Assembly (NCBI GenBank): GCA_046570105.1
Contig: JBKHVI010000018.1
Coordinates: 1 to 44,805 of the forward strand
Length of the DNA: 44,805 nucleotides
Direction of reading: 5' to 3'
Origin: Bacteriovoracia bacterium
GTDB taxonomy: Bacteria > Bdellovibrionota > Bacteriovoracia > Bacteriovoracales > Bacteriovoracaceae
Positions 19,123 to 28,918 of the stretch are shown here, piece by piece. The translations under genes were made by a program, and so were the position numbers. The notes below the pieces were generated by a model. That model saw only the letters and a program-made list of their open reading frames with translations, did not search any database and was not told the DNA's origin. Numbering within the stretch: position 1 is the stretch's first letter; each line of letters starts with the position of its first letter.

Positions 19123-19508
19123 TTCGTGCTGACGGCGACATGGTCACCGACGATGAACTGATCGAGTTCCAAGACAGGAACTTCTTCCTCTAGCTTATGG
19201 ACTACACTGATAGCCGCTTCATCGTTGGTGTGGATGACTTTAAGTTCTCCAACCTTCACTTTGTAGTTTACGCGCTTACGATTGTCATAAGGATCAAGGA
19301 CAGAAACAACTCGGAATACATCAAGGCGCGTACCTTTCTTAAGGCCCTGTTGAGCACCCATATTCACGTAAAAATTCTTTTTGATGACTTGCTCGTCAGT
19401 ACCCATTGGAAGATCCTGGGCCACGCTGTAGATCATAAAAGATCGCGCTGCCACATTTGAGGTATGGAGAGCACAGAGAAGAGTGAGGAGTACAAAAAGC
19501 GCCTTCAT
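19119..19508 (-). CDS. Secreted hypothetical protein, FlgT-C-terminal-like beta domain
   Basis: Signal peptide; YVNMGAQQGLKKGTRLDVFR..KVGELKV pattern; sigma28-like promoter upstream. Confidence 0.65.
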   Translation of the reverse strand: MKALFVLLTLLCALHTSNVAARSFMIYSVAQDLPMGTDEQVIKKNFYVNMGAQQGLKKGTRLDVFRVVSVLDPYDNRKRVNYKVKVGELKVIHTNDEAAISVVHKLEEEVPVLELDQFIVGDHVAVSTN

Positions 19509-19544
19509 TTTTTCCACCTTGCAGGGAGGGGGCCGTCAGAAGGC

Positions 19545-19571
19545 TTTTCGGCAAATACTTCCTATTCTTGA
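19545..19571 (-). promoter_or_regulatory. sigma28-like promoter
   Basis: Minus strand reads TCAA-N15-GCCGAAAA. Confidence 0.6.
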
Positions 19572-19606
19572 GTCACGAAGATGAGTGGGGTGACGGGAAT
19601 TACCCG

Positions 19607-21325
19607 TCACGGACGCTCGGTTATATTGAAATACTTGGTATTGTTGAAAATGATATCGGAGTAGCGGTAATTACTCACCCGACTCTGAGTCAGGATGTAG
19701 TTACGGGTGTAGTAAAGCATGACCCATGGAAGATCGCGATTCACTTCACCTTCTAGTTCTGCCATTAAACGATACTTTTCTGGTCCCTCTTCCATCACGC
19801 TTATACGGTTGAAAAGCCCATCAACTTTTTTGTTCGCATAGAAAGATGAGTTTGGGCCCGGAGGAAAATTATTAGAGGTGAGGAGCTGAAGAATATTCTC
19901 AGCATCTGGATAATCGACTACCCAGCCACCGTGCCAAAATTGCAGTTCGCCTCGACGAGAGCGCTCCAAGAAAACGGGGAATGAGTTCAAGCTCGCATTG
20001 GCGGGAATCCCAACAGCGCGTAGTTCTTGCACGACAAATTCAGACATCTGACGTTGGAGAGTTGAGTTACCTCGAACATCAAAAGTAATTTGAGGCAAAC
20101 CTTTCCCTTCAGGGTAACCAGCTTTCGCTAGAAGTTCTTTCGCTTTTACGAGGTCGTACTTGTAAGGCAACTCCACAGACGGATCATACCCCGGAACGCC
20201 TGGAGGATAGATTGAGTTGGCCTTCTGACCAGTGTTGTTGGTGAAGAGTTTAATAAACTTTTCAACATCAATAGCATGGGCAATAGCTTGGCGAAGTACG
20301 AGATTTTTGCCAAGTACAGGGTCCTTCATATTGAAGGCGAGCCACCAGTAGATCAATGTAGGCGCTACCTGCATTTTTACTTTTTTATCAGTGAGCTCTT
20401 TGTTGAGTTTTCCATTCGCACCTAGGGCAGCTTCGTAATAATCCTTGGTGAGCGATAGAATATCAATTTTAGAACTTAAGAAATTCAACCAGCTTGTTTG
20501 CTGTTCTTTCATCACAATCATCGAAACGCGATCAACAAACGGAAGTTTTTTTCCGGCATCTGTTAAGAGACCCTGCTCATTAGCAAAACGGTCACCTTGT
20601 GTTGGGTAGCTACTTGTAATGTAATCAGGAAAACGTTCAAAGATAGCTTGTTGGTTGGGATTATAGTCGACCAGCACAAACGGACCTGTGCCGACCATGG
20701 CCAGATTTAAATCATTTTTAAAATGTCTTACGGCTTCTTCAGGAACGGGAGAAGTGAAAGTCATCGCAAGAGAGAAAAGCAGCTGCGGGAATGGTTTAGT
20801 GAGGTGAATGACGAGAGTGTGCTTATCTGGAGTTTCAAGTCCGGCGACCGGAGTTTTTAAGCAAGTTTCTAAATCATTTTTGACATTTGTGCGCCAATTA
20901 TCGAGACCCTTAATTTTGTTCTCAAACATCCACCAACCTTTACCTTGAGTTGGAACGAACGCCTGACGTTTGATGGCAGTCACGATGTCTGCAGCAGTGA
21001 CCATTCTTCCGGCGGGTAGAAACTTTTGTGGGTGATAAGGAATGTTCTTTTTGATTTTAATTGTGATCTTGCGACCACTTTCTTCAAAAACGGGCATTTC
21101 CTCAGCTAAAAGGGGACGCAGCTGATAAGGACGCTTGAGGTATTCGTACTCGAAAAGTGTTTCATATGAGTTCGCAACAACGGGTGCACATACGGTGTCG
21201 TAACATCCTGCGGGGTCTAGAGTTGAAACTTCTGATGAAAGGGCGAGTCGCAACTCTTTCACGAGATTTTCTTTTTTCTCTTGGCAGGCAACGAGTAGGA
21301 ACGACAGCAACAGGATGAACTTCAT
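19607..21325 (-). CDS. ABC transporter substrate-binding lipoprotein, family 5 (OppA/DppA-like)
   Basis: Lipobox LVAC, TLDPA, YETLF..LRPLLAE, VGTGPF, LRQAIAHAID, GWVVDYPD. Confidence 0.92.
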   Translation of the reverse strand: MKFILLLSFLLVACQEKKENLVKELRLALSSEVSTLDPAGCYDTVCAPVVANSYETLFEYEYLKRPYQLRPLLAEEMPVFEESGRKITIKIKKNIPYHPQKFLPAGRMVTAADIVTAIKRQAFVPTQGKGWWMFENKIKGLDNWRTNVKNDLETCLKTPVAGLETPDKHTLVIHLTKPFPQLLFSLAMTFTSPVPEEAVRHFKNDLNLAMVGTGPFVLVDYNPNQQAIFERFPDYITSSYPTQGDRFANEQGLLTDAGKKLPFVDRVSMIVMKEQQTSWLNFLSSKIDILSLTKDYYEAALGANGKLNKELTDKKVKMQVAPTLIYWWLAFNMKDPVLGKNLVLRQAIAHAIDVEKFIKLFTNNTGQKANSIYPPGVPGYDPSVELPYKYDLVKAKELLAKAGYPEGKGLPQITFDVRGNSTLQRQMSEFVVQELRAVGIPANASLNSFPVFLERSRRGELQFWHGGWVVDYPDAENILQLLTSNNFPPGPNSSFYANKKVDGLFNRISVMEEGPEKYRLMAELEGEVNRDLPWVMLYYTRNYILTQSRVSNYRYSDIIFNNTKYFNITERP

Positions 21326-23934
21326 ACGCCTAACACCTTTTTCACAGCAGACATAAAATCTTGCGTTTTGCTCGATAGACCAGAACCTTGGGCCATATCA
21401 GGCTTACCACCGCCACGACCTTCCATAGCGGGGAGAGTTTCTTTAAGAATTTTTCCACAGTCGACTTCTTTGGCATCACGAGGAGCTTTAAGAACGACAG
21501 TTAGGCGATCTCCCTCTTTGTGAGTAATTAGCGCAACACCTTGTGGGTATTTATCACTAAAGAGATCGGCGAGTTTTTTAATACCGGCCACATCTTGAGA
21601 TGAGGCATCGGCCAAGAAGAAATCTCGGCCGTGAGTTTTGCCAGAAACTTTAAATAATGAAGCTACAGAAGCCGCCATCGCTTGCTCTTGCAATTGTTCG
21701 ATGGTTTTTGCTTTGGCCTTGTTCTCAGCTTGAAGTGCTGAGATTTTCTCTAGGACTTTTTCTTCTTTGGCACCAAAGTCTTTTTCAAGCTCAGCTAGTA
21801 AGGATGAACGCTTTAATAGCCATTCCATCGCCGTGCTAGAGCTGATGGCTTCAATTCGACGAACACCGCTTGCAAGTGATGTTTCAACGACAATTTTAAA
21901 TGCTCCAATATCGCCCGTGTTACTGACGTGAGTACCGCCACATAATTCGCATGAGAAATCGCCCATGGTGAGAACGCGCACTTTGTCGCCGTACTTCTCA
22001 CCAAAGAGCGCCATGGCGCCCTTTTTGGTGGCCTCATCTTTAGTCATGACATCGGCATTGACTGGTAAGCGACGAGCAATCGAGGCATTAACGAGTTCTT
22101 CGACTTGCTGAATCTCACTGGGCTTCAAGGCTTCGGAGTGAGTGAAGTCAAAGCGCAAACGATCCGGACCAACACTTGAGCCAGCTTGTTTTACGTGATT
22201 ACCTAAAACTTTGATCAATGCAGACTGCAACAAGTGAGTGGCTGAGTGATTGCGTTTTGTGAGTTCGCGTTCTTCTTTGTTAATTTTGAGTACGTATTCC
22301 TGACCCACTTCAAGCGCGTCAGCATCTTCCGATAAATGATCATGAAGACCATCAACCGGTTTTTGTGTATCGCTGATCGTAGCGAGCTTTCCTTCTTTAC
22401 CAAAAACTTCACCCTTATCGCCGAGCTGACCACCACCTTCACCGTAGAAAGGTGAGCGATCAAAGATCAAATGGTAAACGCCGTTGATCTCTTCCTTGGC
22501 GATGAGTTTCGCTTTCGTTTCAGCTTCTGTGTATCCAGTGAATACCGTTTCGCCGTTTTTCTCTTTGATGCCATAGAAAAGCTTTAAGTTGTCTTCTTGA
22601 ACTTTGAATTTGCCGCTCTTTTTCGAAAGCTCTTTTTGTTTCGCCATAGCGACATCAAAAGCTTTGCTATTGAGAGCGATATTCTTTTCACGCAAAATGA
22701 CTTCGGTGAGATCCAATGGAAAGCCGAAGGTGTCGTAAAGTTTGAAAGCGACATCACCAGAGAAGGCCTGACCGGCCTTAAGTGCAGATAGTTCTGTTTT
22801 GATAAGATCAAGACCGGTAGATAGAGTTTTGCGGAATTTTTCTTCTTCAAGCTTTAGTAGCTTCTCGGCCAAAGCAGCGTTGTGAGCATTGTCAGGATAT
22901 TCAAAACCTAAAGACTCAAACACAGCAGGAACTAATTTAAAGAATGAAATATCTTTGATGCCTAAAAGTTCAAGGTGGCGAACTGCACGGCGGATAATGC
23001 GGCGGAGGACATAGCCGCGACCATCATTGGCAGGAATCACGCCGTCAGTGATGAGCATAGTTGATGAACGAATATGGTCAGCGATAACACGGAAAGAGGA
23101 CTTAGTTTCTTCGCTGGTTGTGGTGTAGTAGTCTTTGCCTGAGAGTTTTCCGATCGCTTTCATGATGGGTTCAAAAATATCGGTATCGTAGTTGTAGTAT
23201 TTGCCCTGAAGAGCAGCTGCGAATCTTTCTAGACCACCGCCAGTATCTACGGAAGGTTTTGGAAGCGACTTGCGTTTGATCTCATCACCTTCGCGATATT
23301 TCTCATACTGCATGAAAACTAGATTCCAAATTTCAACGAAGCGGCCTTCATCATCAATTTCTTGGCAGCCAGCAGGTGTGCCGGTCGAAAACTTTTCTCC
23401 GTGATCGTAAAAAATTTCGGTACAAGGACCGCATGGTCCCACATCGCCCATTTCCCAGAAGTTTGATTTGTCCCCTAGCTTATAGATCCACTCTAAAGGG
23501 ACACCCATATCTTTGTGCCAGATCATCAGGGCTTCATCGTCACCCTCATGAACCGTTACGCGTAGTTTTTCTTTCGGAAGTTTGAGATCAATGGTGAGAA
23601 GTTCCCAAGCAAACTTGATAGCGTCTTTTTTGAAGTAATCACCGAAGCTGAAATTACCCATCATTTCAAAGTAGGTGTGATGGCGAGCGGTGAATCCGAC
23701 GTTTTCAAGATCGTTATGTTTACCACCAGCGCGGACACATTTTTGAATGGTCACGGCACGACGGTTGGCGGGAGTGGCTTTGCCAGTGAAGAAATCTTTG
23801 AATTGGTTCATCCCGGCGTTAGCGAATAACAACGTATTGTCGTTATGAGGCACTAGGCTTGAAGACTTGTGCTTGTCGTGGCCTTGACGGCGGAAGTAAT
23901 CAGAAAAAGCGTTACGAATCTCTTGAGCGCGCAT
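21322..23934 (-). CDS. alaS: Alanine--tRNA ligase
   Basis: LLFANAGMNQFK, GKHNDLENVG..RHHT.FEM.GNFSFGDYFK, NHSATHLL, ELCGGTHV, GGGKPDMAQG. Confidence 0.99.
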   Translation of the reverse strand: MRAQEIRNAFSDYFRRQGHDKHKSSSLVPHNDNTLLFANAGMNQFKDFFTGKATPANRRAVTIQKCVRAGGKHNDLENVGFTARHHTYFEMMGNFSFGDYFKKDAIKFAWELLTIDLKLPKEKLRVTVHEGDDEALMIWHKDMGVPLEWIYKLGDKSNFWEMGDVGPCGPCTEIFYDHGEKFSTGTPAGCQEIDDEGRFVEIWNLVFMQYEKYREGDEIKRKSLPKPSVDTGGGLERFAAALQGKYYNYDTDIFEPIMKAIGKLSGKDYYTTTSEETKSSFRVIADHIRSSTMLITDGVIPANDGRGYVLRRIIRRAVRHLELLGIKDISFFKLVPAVFESLGFEYPDNAHNAALAEKLLKLEEEKFRKTLSTGLDLIKTELSALKAGQAFSGDVAFKLYDTFGFPLDLTEVILREKNIALNSKAFDVAMAKQKELSKKSGKFKVQEDNLKLFYGIKEKNGETVFTGYTEAETKAKLIAKEEINGVYHLIFDRSPFYGEGGGQLGDKGEVFGKEGKLATISDTQKPVDGLHDHLSEDADALEVGQEYVLKINKEERELTKRNHSATHLLQSALIKVLGNHVKQAGSSVGPDRLRFDFTHSEALKPSEIQQVEELVNASIARRLPVNADVMTKDEATKKGAMALFGEKYGDKVRVLTMGDFSCELCGGTHVSNTGDIGAFKIVVETSLASGVRRIEAISSSTAMEWLLKRSSLLAELEKDFGAKEEKVLEKISALQAENKAKAKTIEQLQEQAMAASVASLFKVSGKTHGRDFFLADASSQDVAGIKKLADLFSDKYPQGVALITHKEGDRLTVVLKAPRDAKEVDCGKILKETLPAMEGRGGGKPDMAQGSGLSSKTQDFMSAVKKVLGV

Positions 23935-24068
23935 TTGAACCCCTCTCTAAAATCGAGGCTTTGAGGCTATCACAGCGCCATTGGCCCTGAAATAATTTCC
24001 TGGTATGCGCTTCGCACAAAAAAGCAGGCTATAGTCCGCGCACTTATACATACAGTAAGGAGCGAGTT

Positions 24069-24488
24069 ATGAAATCGATGCTTTTAGCAGCCGTTTGTGT
24101 GCTGGGTTTTGCCTCTTTGGCGCAGGCCGCTTCAATTGCCCCACGAGTTGAATGTAAGGGCGGGATTTTGCCGAACGTATTGAGCTTCGAAGCCCAAATT
24201 ATCATCTCTGGCACTGAAGAAGATGAGAGCGGCATGTATGTCGTACGTATCGATGAGACAAAACAGGTCAATTCAGTTCTGAGTGGATTTAACAATCAAG
24301 TGATTGCCACAGCTGAAAGAGCAACGCTCGTGCGTGATGGTGCTGGCAGTCTCGATTTGGAACTAACGGGCGCAACGATTAAGTTTCCTGAAGGTTATAT
24401 CTTTCAAACATACTTCGAGGCCGTTGGAACTGTTAAAGGTCAGCGTCCAGTGAAGATGAACTGCCAGTCTCATCTGATTTATCTCTAG
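24069..24488 (+). CDS. Secreted hypothetical protein
   Basis: SD AAGGAG; signal peptide MKSMLLAAV..AQA; Cys near each end of the mature region. Confidence 0.75.
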   Translation: MKSMLLAAVCVLGFASLAQAASIAPRVECKGGILPNVLSFEAQIIISGTEEDESGMYVVRIDETKQVNSVLSGFNNQVIATAERATLVRDGAGSLDLELTGATIKFPEGYIFQTYFEAVGTVKGQRPVKMNCQSHLIYL

Positions 24489-24951
24489 CCTTAAATGCAG
24501 AGTCTACGGCGCGACGAACTTCGTCGTAGCCGTAGCCTTTTGAAAGCAAAAATCTCGAAACCTTCTCACGCAATTTTTGTTTCGCTAGCCGATCGGTGGG
24601 CACAGTTTGTCCGCGCATCTTCTTTTGCACGAGCTTTTCAATAACATCACCCGTGTTGGATCCAACGTCTTCGCGCCATTCAGTAAGCTCAGTTGATTCG
24701 TAGGTTAAGTCTTCCTGTTCTCCACGACGCTTGATCATGCTGTCTGAGTAGCCCTTGGCTATCCAGCGACGTGCAAGCAGACGTTTGTACTCTTCTTCGC
24801 GCAAATAATTCTTCTCAATGAGCTTCGTGAGTGTTTCATCGATTTCAGTCTGCTCGAACTGTTTGAGTCGCAATTTCTGACGGAGCTTGAACTCGGAGTA
24901 GTCCTGAGCGGAGAGAAGATAGAGGGCGTATTGATAAGCGGATTGTTTCAT
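24433..24951 (-). CDS. recX: Regulatory protein RecX
   Basis: ALYLLS.QDYSEFKLRQKL, L.EKNYL.EEEY, RFLLSKGY; directly downstream of recA. Confidence 0.88.
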   Translation of the reverse strand: MKQSAYQYALYLLSAQDYSEFKLRQKLRLKQFEQTEIDETLTKLIEKNYLREEEYKRLLARRWIAKGYSDSMIKRRGEQEDLTYESTELTEWREDVGSNTGDVIEKLVQKKMRGQTVPTDRLAKQKLREKVSRFLLSKGYGYDEVRRAVDSAFKARDKSDETGSSSSLDADL

Positions 24952-24978
24952 AAAAAAAGGGGCCTCTTTCGAGGCCCC
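24952..24978 (-). terminator. Terminator-like hairpin between recA and recX
   Basis: Minus strand GGGGCCTC-GAAA-GAGGCCCC-TTTTTTT, immediately followed by the recX ATG. Confidence 0.85.
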
Positions 24979-24984
24979 ATCCGA

Positions 24985-26103
24985 TTATTGGATTTTTTTG
25001 CCTTTAGCGGCCGGCTTCACTTCAACTTCTTCTTTAATCTCACCAGTTGCCATATCAACCTTAGCGATCTCAGTTGGCTTACCAATGTTGTGCTTGGCGA
25101 GAACCTTCGTGCGAATCTCTTCCATGATGGCAGTGTTCTCTTTCAAGAAGACTTTACCTTGCTCACGGCCTTGGCCAATTTTTTGGTTGTTGTATGAGTA
25201 CCATGCGCCGGCTTTCTCGATGATGCCTTCGTTGGCAGCGATATCGAGAAGGTCACCTGTTTTTGAAACGCCTTCGCCATACATGATGTCGAATTCGACT
25301 TCTTTGAATGGAGGAGCGACTTTGTTTTTCACAACTTTTACGCGTGTACGTGAACCGGTGGTATTTTCGCCATCTTTGATAGCGCCGATACGACGGATGT
25401 CCATACGAACTGAAGCGTAGAATTTAAGAGCGTTACCACCCGTAGTTGTTTCAGGGTTACCGAACATCACACCGATCTTCATACGAAGTTGGTTAATGAA
25501 GATAACGGTACAGTTTGAGCGAGAGATTGAGCCAGTGAGCTTACGAAGAGCTTGGCTCATCAAGCGCGCCTGAAGGCCCATGTGGCTGTCGCCCATTTCA
25601 CCTTCGAGTTCTGCCTTGGGTGTAAGAGCTGCAACTGAGTCAACGATCAAAAGATTAACTGCACCTGAGCGCACCAACATATCGGCGATCTCGAGAGCTT
25701 GTTCACCAGAATCTGGTTGAGAGATAAGAGTGTTAGGAACATCTACGCCAAGTTTCTGTGCGTAAGAAGTATCGAGTGCATGTTCTGCATCGACGAAGGC
25801 AACAGTGCCACCCATTTTCTGACATTCAGCTGCGATGTGAAGCGTGAGCGTCGTTTTACCGGAAGATTCTGGACCGTAGATTTCGATGATACGTCCTTGA
25901 GGAATACCGCCGATTCCGAGAGCGAGATCAAGGCCGATTGATCCAGTCGAGATTGCGGGAATCTTTTCCTGAACCTGGTCTGTGCCCAAGCGCATGATAG
26001 CGCCTTTGCCAAATTGCTTCTCAATGCTTGAGAGTGCGAGTTCGAGAGCCTTCTTCTTGTTGCTCGCGTCACCGCTGTTTTCGAACGTACTGTTAAAAGC
26101 CAT
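24985..26103 (-). CDS. recA: Recombinase RecA
   Basis: [66 protein letters not shown] before ATG 26103. Confidence 0.99.
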   Translation of the reverse strand: MAFNSTFENSGDASNKKKALELALSSIEKQFGKGAIMRLGTDQVQEKIPAISTGSIGLDLALGIGGIPQGRIIEIYGPESSGKTTLTLHIAAECQKMGGTVAFVDAEHALDTSYAQKLGVDVPNTLISQPDSGEQALEIADMLVRSGAVNLLIVDSVAALTPKAELEGEMGDSHMGLQARLMSQALRKLTGSISRSNCTVIFINQLRMKIGVMFGNPETTTGGNALKFYASVRMDIRRIGAIKDGENTTGSRTRVKVVKNKVAPPFKEVEFDIMYGEGVSKTGDLLDIAANEGIIEKAGAWYSYNNQKIGQGREQGKVFLKENTAIMEEIRTKVLAKHNIGKPTEIAKVDMATGEIKEEVEVKPAAKGKKIQ

Positions 26104-26149
26104 GATATCTCCCCTTGTGGTCAATGATTTCGGAGGTGTGTGTAAAATT

Positions 26150-26178
26150 ACGCTAACACCCCCTGGCGTTAGTGCCAA
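26150..26178 (-). promoter_or_regulatory. Putative sigma70 promoter of recA with an overlapping palindrome
   Basis: TTGGCA-N17-TAGCGT on the minus strand; CTAACACC-N4-GGCGTTAG at 26153..26172. Confidence 0.5.
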
Positions 26179-26245
26179 GGCTTTTCACTGCAAATCTACG
26201 GAAAAATTACGGAAGCCCAAGTTATCAAAAACTTAGAGTGTTTGA

Positions 26246-26737
26246 CTAATTGCGTAGGAAAAAATGGGACAGGGCCAAGACAAAATTACCCGCGAACACT
26301 CCAGAAATGACATCGTCGAGAATTGTGCCGGCGCCATTTTTTACTTTTTTATCGAAATAAGAAGCGGGCCAAATTTTAACAATGTCGAAGAAGCGAAAGG
26401 CGGCAAAACATAATCCCCATTCGAGAAAGTTGCGAGGAGAGACAATCATCCATGTGATCGCCATGCCAATGACTTCATCAACAACGATCCATTGTGGATC
26501 TTGTAAGTGCATTTTTTTTTGAATGATGTCGGCCGTCCAGCAAGCAAGTATTGTCATGAGTGAAATCACAATAGCACTTATCCACATAGGAGTTTGCAGT
26601 AGACTCCATGCATAGATGAAGGGAAGGGCCGCAAGTGTGCCAAAAGTTCCGGGAGCTTTTTTTGCGCGTCCTGCGCCAAACCATGAAAGATACATGATCA
26701 TCATTTGATGTGCGAAGTTGTTGTTTTGCTCTTTCAT
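26246..26737 (-). CDS. pgpA: Phosphatidylglycerophosphatase A
   Basis: FGAG..KAPGTFGTL, DP..IVVDEVIG, FRFFDIVK.WP, GTILDDVISG. Confidence 0.95.
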   Translation of the reverse strand: MKEQNNNFAHQMMIMYLSWFGAGRAKKAPGTFGTLAALPFIYAWSLLQTPMWISAIVISLMTILACWTADIIQKKMHLQDPQWIVVDEVIGMAITWMIVSPRNFLEWGLCFAAFRFFDIVKIWPASYFDKKVKNGAGTILDDVISGVFAGNFVLALSHFFLRN

Positions 26738-26793
26738 GTCTTATGGGCTACTTTTTTTCCTCAATTCTAGCGCGAAAACAGAGGACTGCGATA

Positions 26794-28032
26794 GTGAGTG
26801 TGCGTCCAGATTTTCTTCAGCAGCATCTTTTCAACTGGGAAACCTTAGATTTGGTTTGCAGCGGAAAGTCGTCGCTGGATGCTAAAAATTATCTAACTGA
26901 GATGTATGGGGCCGAACAGGTCTACGACTTTTTGGTTGGTTATGGTTTTGATCTCAAAAATCCTGTTGAGAACGCCGAGCTGTTTGGTATTTACCAAGAG
27001 GCCCTGCAATTTATTAAGCGCTATTTTCTAAAAGAAGGAAATCCCGACGGACTTGAAATGTCGGTACCAAGTTTCCTATTCATGCTGACAGATATTTCAG
27101 AGCTTTTCATGCTGGCTACCGGCAAGTCGGGTGCTAAGCCAAATGTTGAGGAAGCGCTTTGGGCCGGTGTTGTTTTGAAGGTCATGCACACTATCCTTCA
27201 TGCAGACAAAGATCTTCGTTACCGTTACTTCAGCGTGGTCCAACAGCAAATTTTCGATCGATTCTATAAATTTGTTGTACGCGACGAAGAGAACGGACTT
27301 TATATTAAAAATGATACTGGGTTTGTGGTGCCGTTGGTTGATTTTCAAACTAAGGCGAAAAAGACTCGCGACTCCATCATCATTAAGCTTTTACATAAGC
27401 AAGAAAACGTAGCCGAAGAACTGTTTGATCGTATTGGTGTGCGTTTTGTAACAAAGAGCAAACTTGATTCTCTACGAGTTCTAAAGTTCTTGGTCACAAA
27501 TTATGTTGTGATGATTAACAATATAAAGCCGAGTCGTTCGCAAAATACGCTGGTTGATTTGGGACTGATGAAAAAACGCACCAACACTTTGCTTAAGAAA
27601 ACCTTGCGCGAGGGTTGGGGTGAAGAGAAATATTTAGCCGAGCTTTCTCAGTTGGTAGATAGCTGTGCTCCTGGAGGAGCCACTACAGATCGCAATGCTC
27701 ATACTTCGCAGGAATATCGCGCCATTCACTTTACTGGTCGACAATTAATTAAGTATCGCAATCCTTTCATGTCACAATTTAATGAAGTCAGAAAGTCTGC
27801 CATGAAGGATAAAGAGCAACCTTTGGCGAAAGAGTTGCTAGCGCTGGATACATCACCTATCTCGCGTGATGTGCGTTTCTTTTATCCATTTGAAGTTCAG
27901 ATTGCAGATGAACAGAGTCATCAACAAAACACCCAAGGTGAAGCAAGTCACCAAGAGTACAAACGCTCCCAGGTGAAATCTGCGATGAAGCGAATCTTTA
28001 AGCCACTTATGGATCTTAAGGGTCTAAGCTAG
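26794..28032 (+). CDS. Stand-alone RelA/SpoT synthetase-like nucleotidyltransferase (resembles the TIGR04552-type family); start approximate
   Basis: KTRDSIIIK, FDRIGVRFV, YRAIH, FEVQI..SH..GEASHQEYK line up with Rel synthetase motifs; GAGGA precedes GTG 26794. Confidence 0.7.
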   Translation: MSVRPDFLQQHLFNWETLDLVCSGKSSLDAKNYLTEMYGAEQVYDFLVGYGFDLKNPVENAELFGIYQEALQFIKRYFLKEGNPDGLEMSVPSFLFMLTDISELFMLATGKSGAKPNVEEALWAGVVLKVMHTILHADKDLRYRYFSVVQQQIFDRFYKFVVRDEENGLYIKNDTGFVVPLVDFQTKAKKTRDSIIIKLLHKQENVAEELFDRIGVRFVTKSKLDSLRVLKFLVTNYVVMINNIKPSRSQNTLVDLGLMKKRTNTLLKKTLREGWGEEKYLAELSQLVDSCAPGGATTDRNAHTSQEYRAIHFTGRQLIKYRNPFMSQFNEVRKSAMKDKEQPLAKELLALDTSPISRDVRFFYPFEVQIADEQSHQQNTQGEASHQEYKRSQVKSAMKRIFKPLMDLKGLS

Positions 28033-28911
28033 ATTTTTTTCCAAGAACAGTTTCATGCGCTGGTTAACGAACTCAGGGAAATCAACTTGGGGCACGTGCG
28101 AACCTTCTTTAACGATGTAGAGTTCAGAACCTTGTAGCCGTTGTTGGATGAGATGCTGCAAATGGAAAGGGATCACACGATCTTTATCTCCGCCTATCAC
28201 TAAGGCAGGAATTTTGAGTTCATCAAGATGGCCGATGATATCGTGTTTTTGCATTTCCGAGAAAAGTTGTAAAAAAAGATCTGAACCCAATTGAGCTAAG
28301 CGGTTCATATAAACTTCGATATAGTCACGACTGACTTGTTTTTTATTAAACCCCTGGGAATGGATGAGTTCGAGAGTCAGCGGGTTCATGGCCTGAGTCT
28401 TCCAAATGAAATCAAAAAATTCGGTGTATCTCTTTTTGATTTCTTCCGCAGCGGGAAGAATGAACTCCATAAAATTGGTATCAAACATCACTCCCTTTAC
28501 GGGTAGAACTGTGCCTGACAAGAGACACATCGCTGCTATTGATTCGGGATAGCGTCGTGCATATTCAAGTGTGACGTTAACGCCCATACTATGGCCGATG
28601 GCCGCAACCGTTTTGATTTTTAGATGAGCAAGAAGCTCATTAATATCGAGTGCGATTCTTTCAAAAGTGATGTTTGTTAAATTATCAACGCCGGAGCTTT
28701 GAAAGTGTCCGCGATAATCATGGAAGAGAATTTTATAGCCAGCATTGTGGAACCATTCAAGCTGATACTTCCAATGCCAATTGCTGCATAAAAGGCCATA
28801 GTTGAACAGGACGACTTTCTCATGCTCAGTCTTGTAATCAATCGGGAAGTTTGTCGTATAGAAAATTTGTTCGCCGTCAGATGTCTTGAGAAAGTTAGAG
28901 TGTAGTTGCAT
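28024..28911 (-). CDS. Alpha/beta hydrolase
   Basis: DYRGHFQS, nucleophile elbow GHSMG, GDKD acid, GSH histidine. Confidence 0.92.
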   Translation of the reverse strand: MQLHSNFLKTSDGEQIFYTTNFPIDYKTEHEKVVLFNYGLLCSNWHWKYQLEWFHNAGYKILFHDYRGHFQSSGVDNLTNITFERIALDINELLAHLKIKTVAAIGHSMGVNVTLEYARRYPESIAAMCLLSGTVLPVKGVMFDTNFMEFILPAAEEIKKRYTEFFDFIWKTQAMNPLTLELIHSQGFNKKQVSRDYIEVYMNRLAQLGSDLFLQLFSEMQKHDIIGHLDELKIPALVIGGDKDRVIPFHLQHLIQQRLQGSELYIVKEGSHVPQVDFPEFVNQRMKLFLEKNLA

Positions 28912-28918
28912 GTCAGGG

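Noticed and set aside
24059..24074. 16-mer GGAGCGAGTTATGAAA also found at 39487..39502
   Set aside because: Mostly SD plus ATG AAA; only 6 spacer bases are informative, so chance is plausible.
24998..26236. Several ORFs overlapping recA
   Set aside because: Antisense or alternative-frame shadows of a codon-biased gene.
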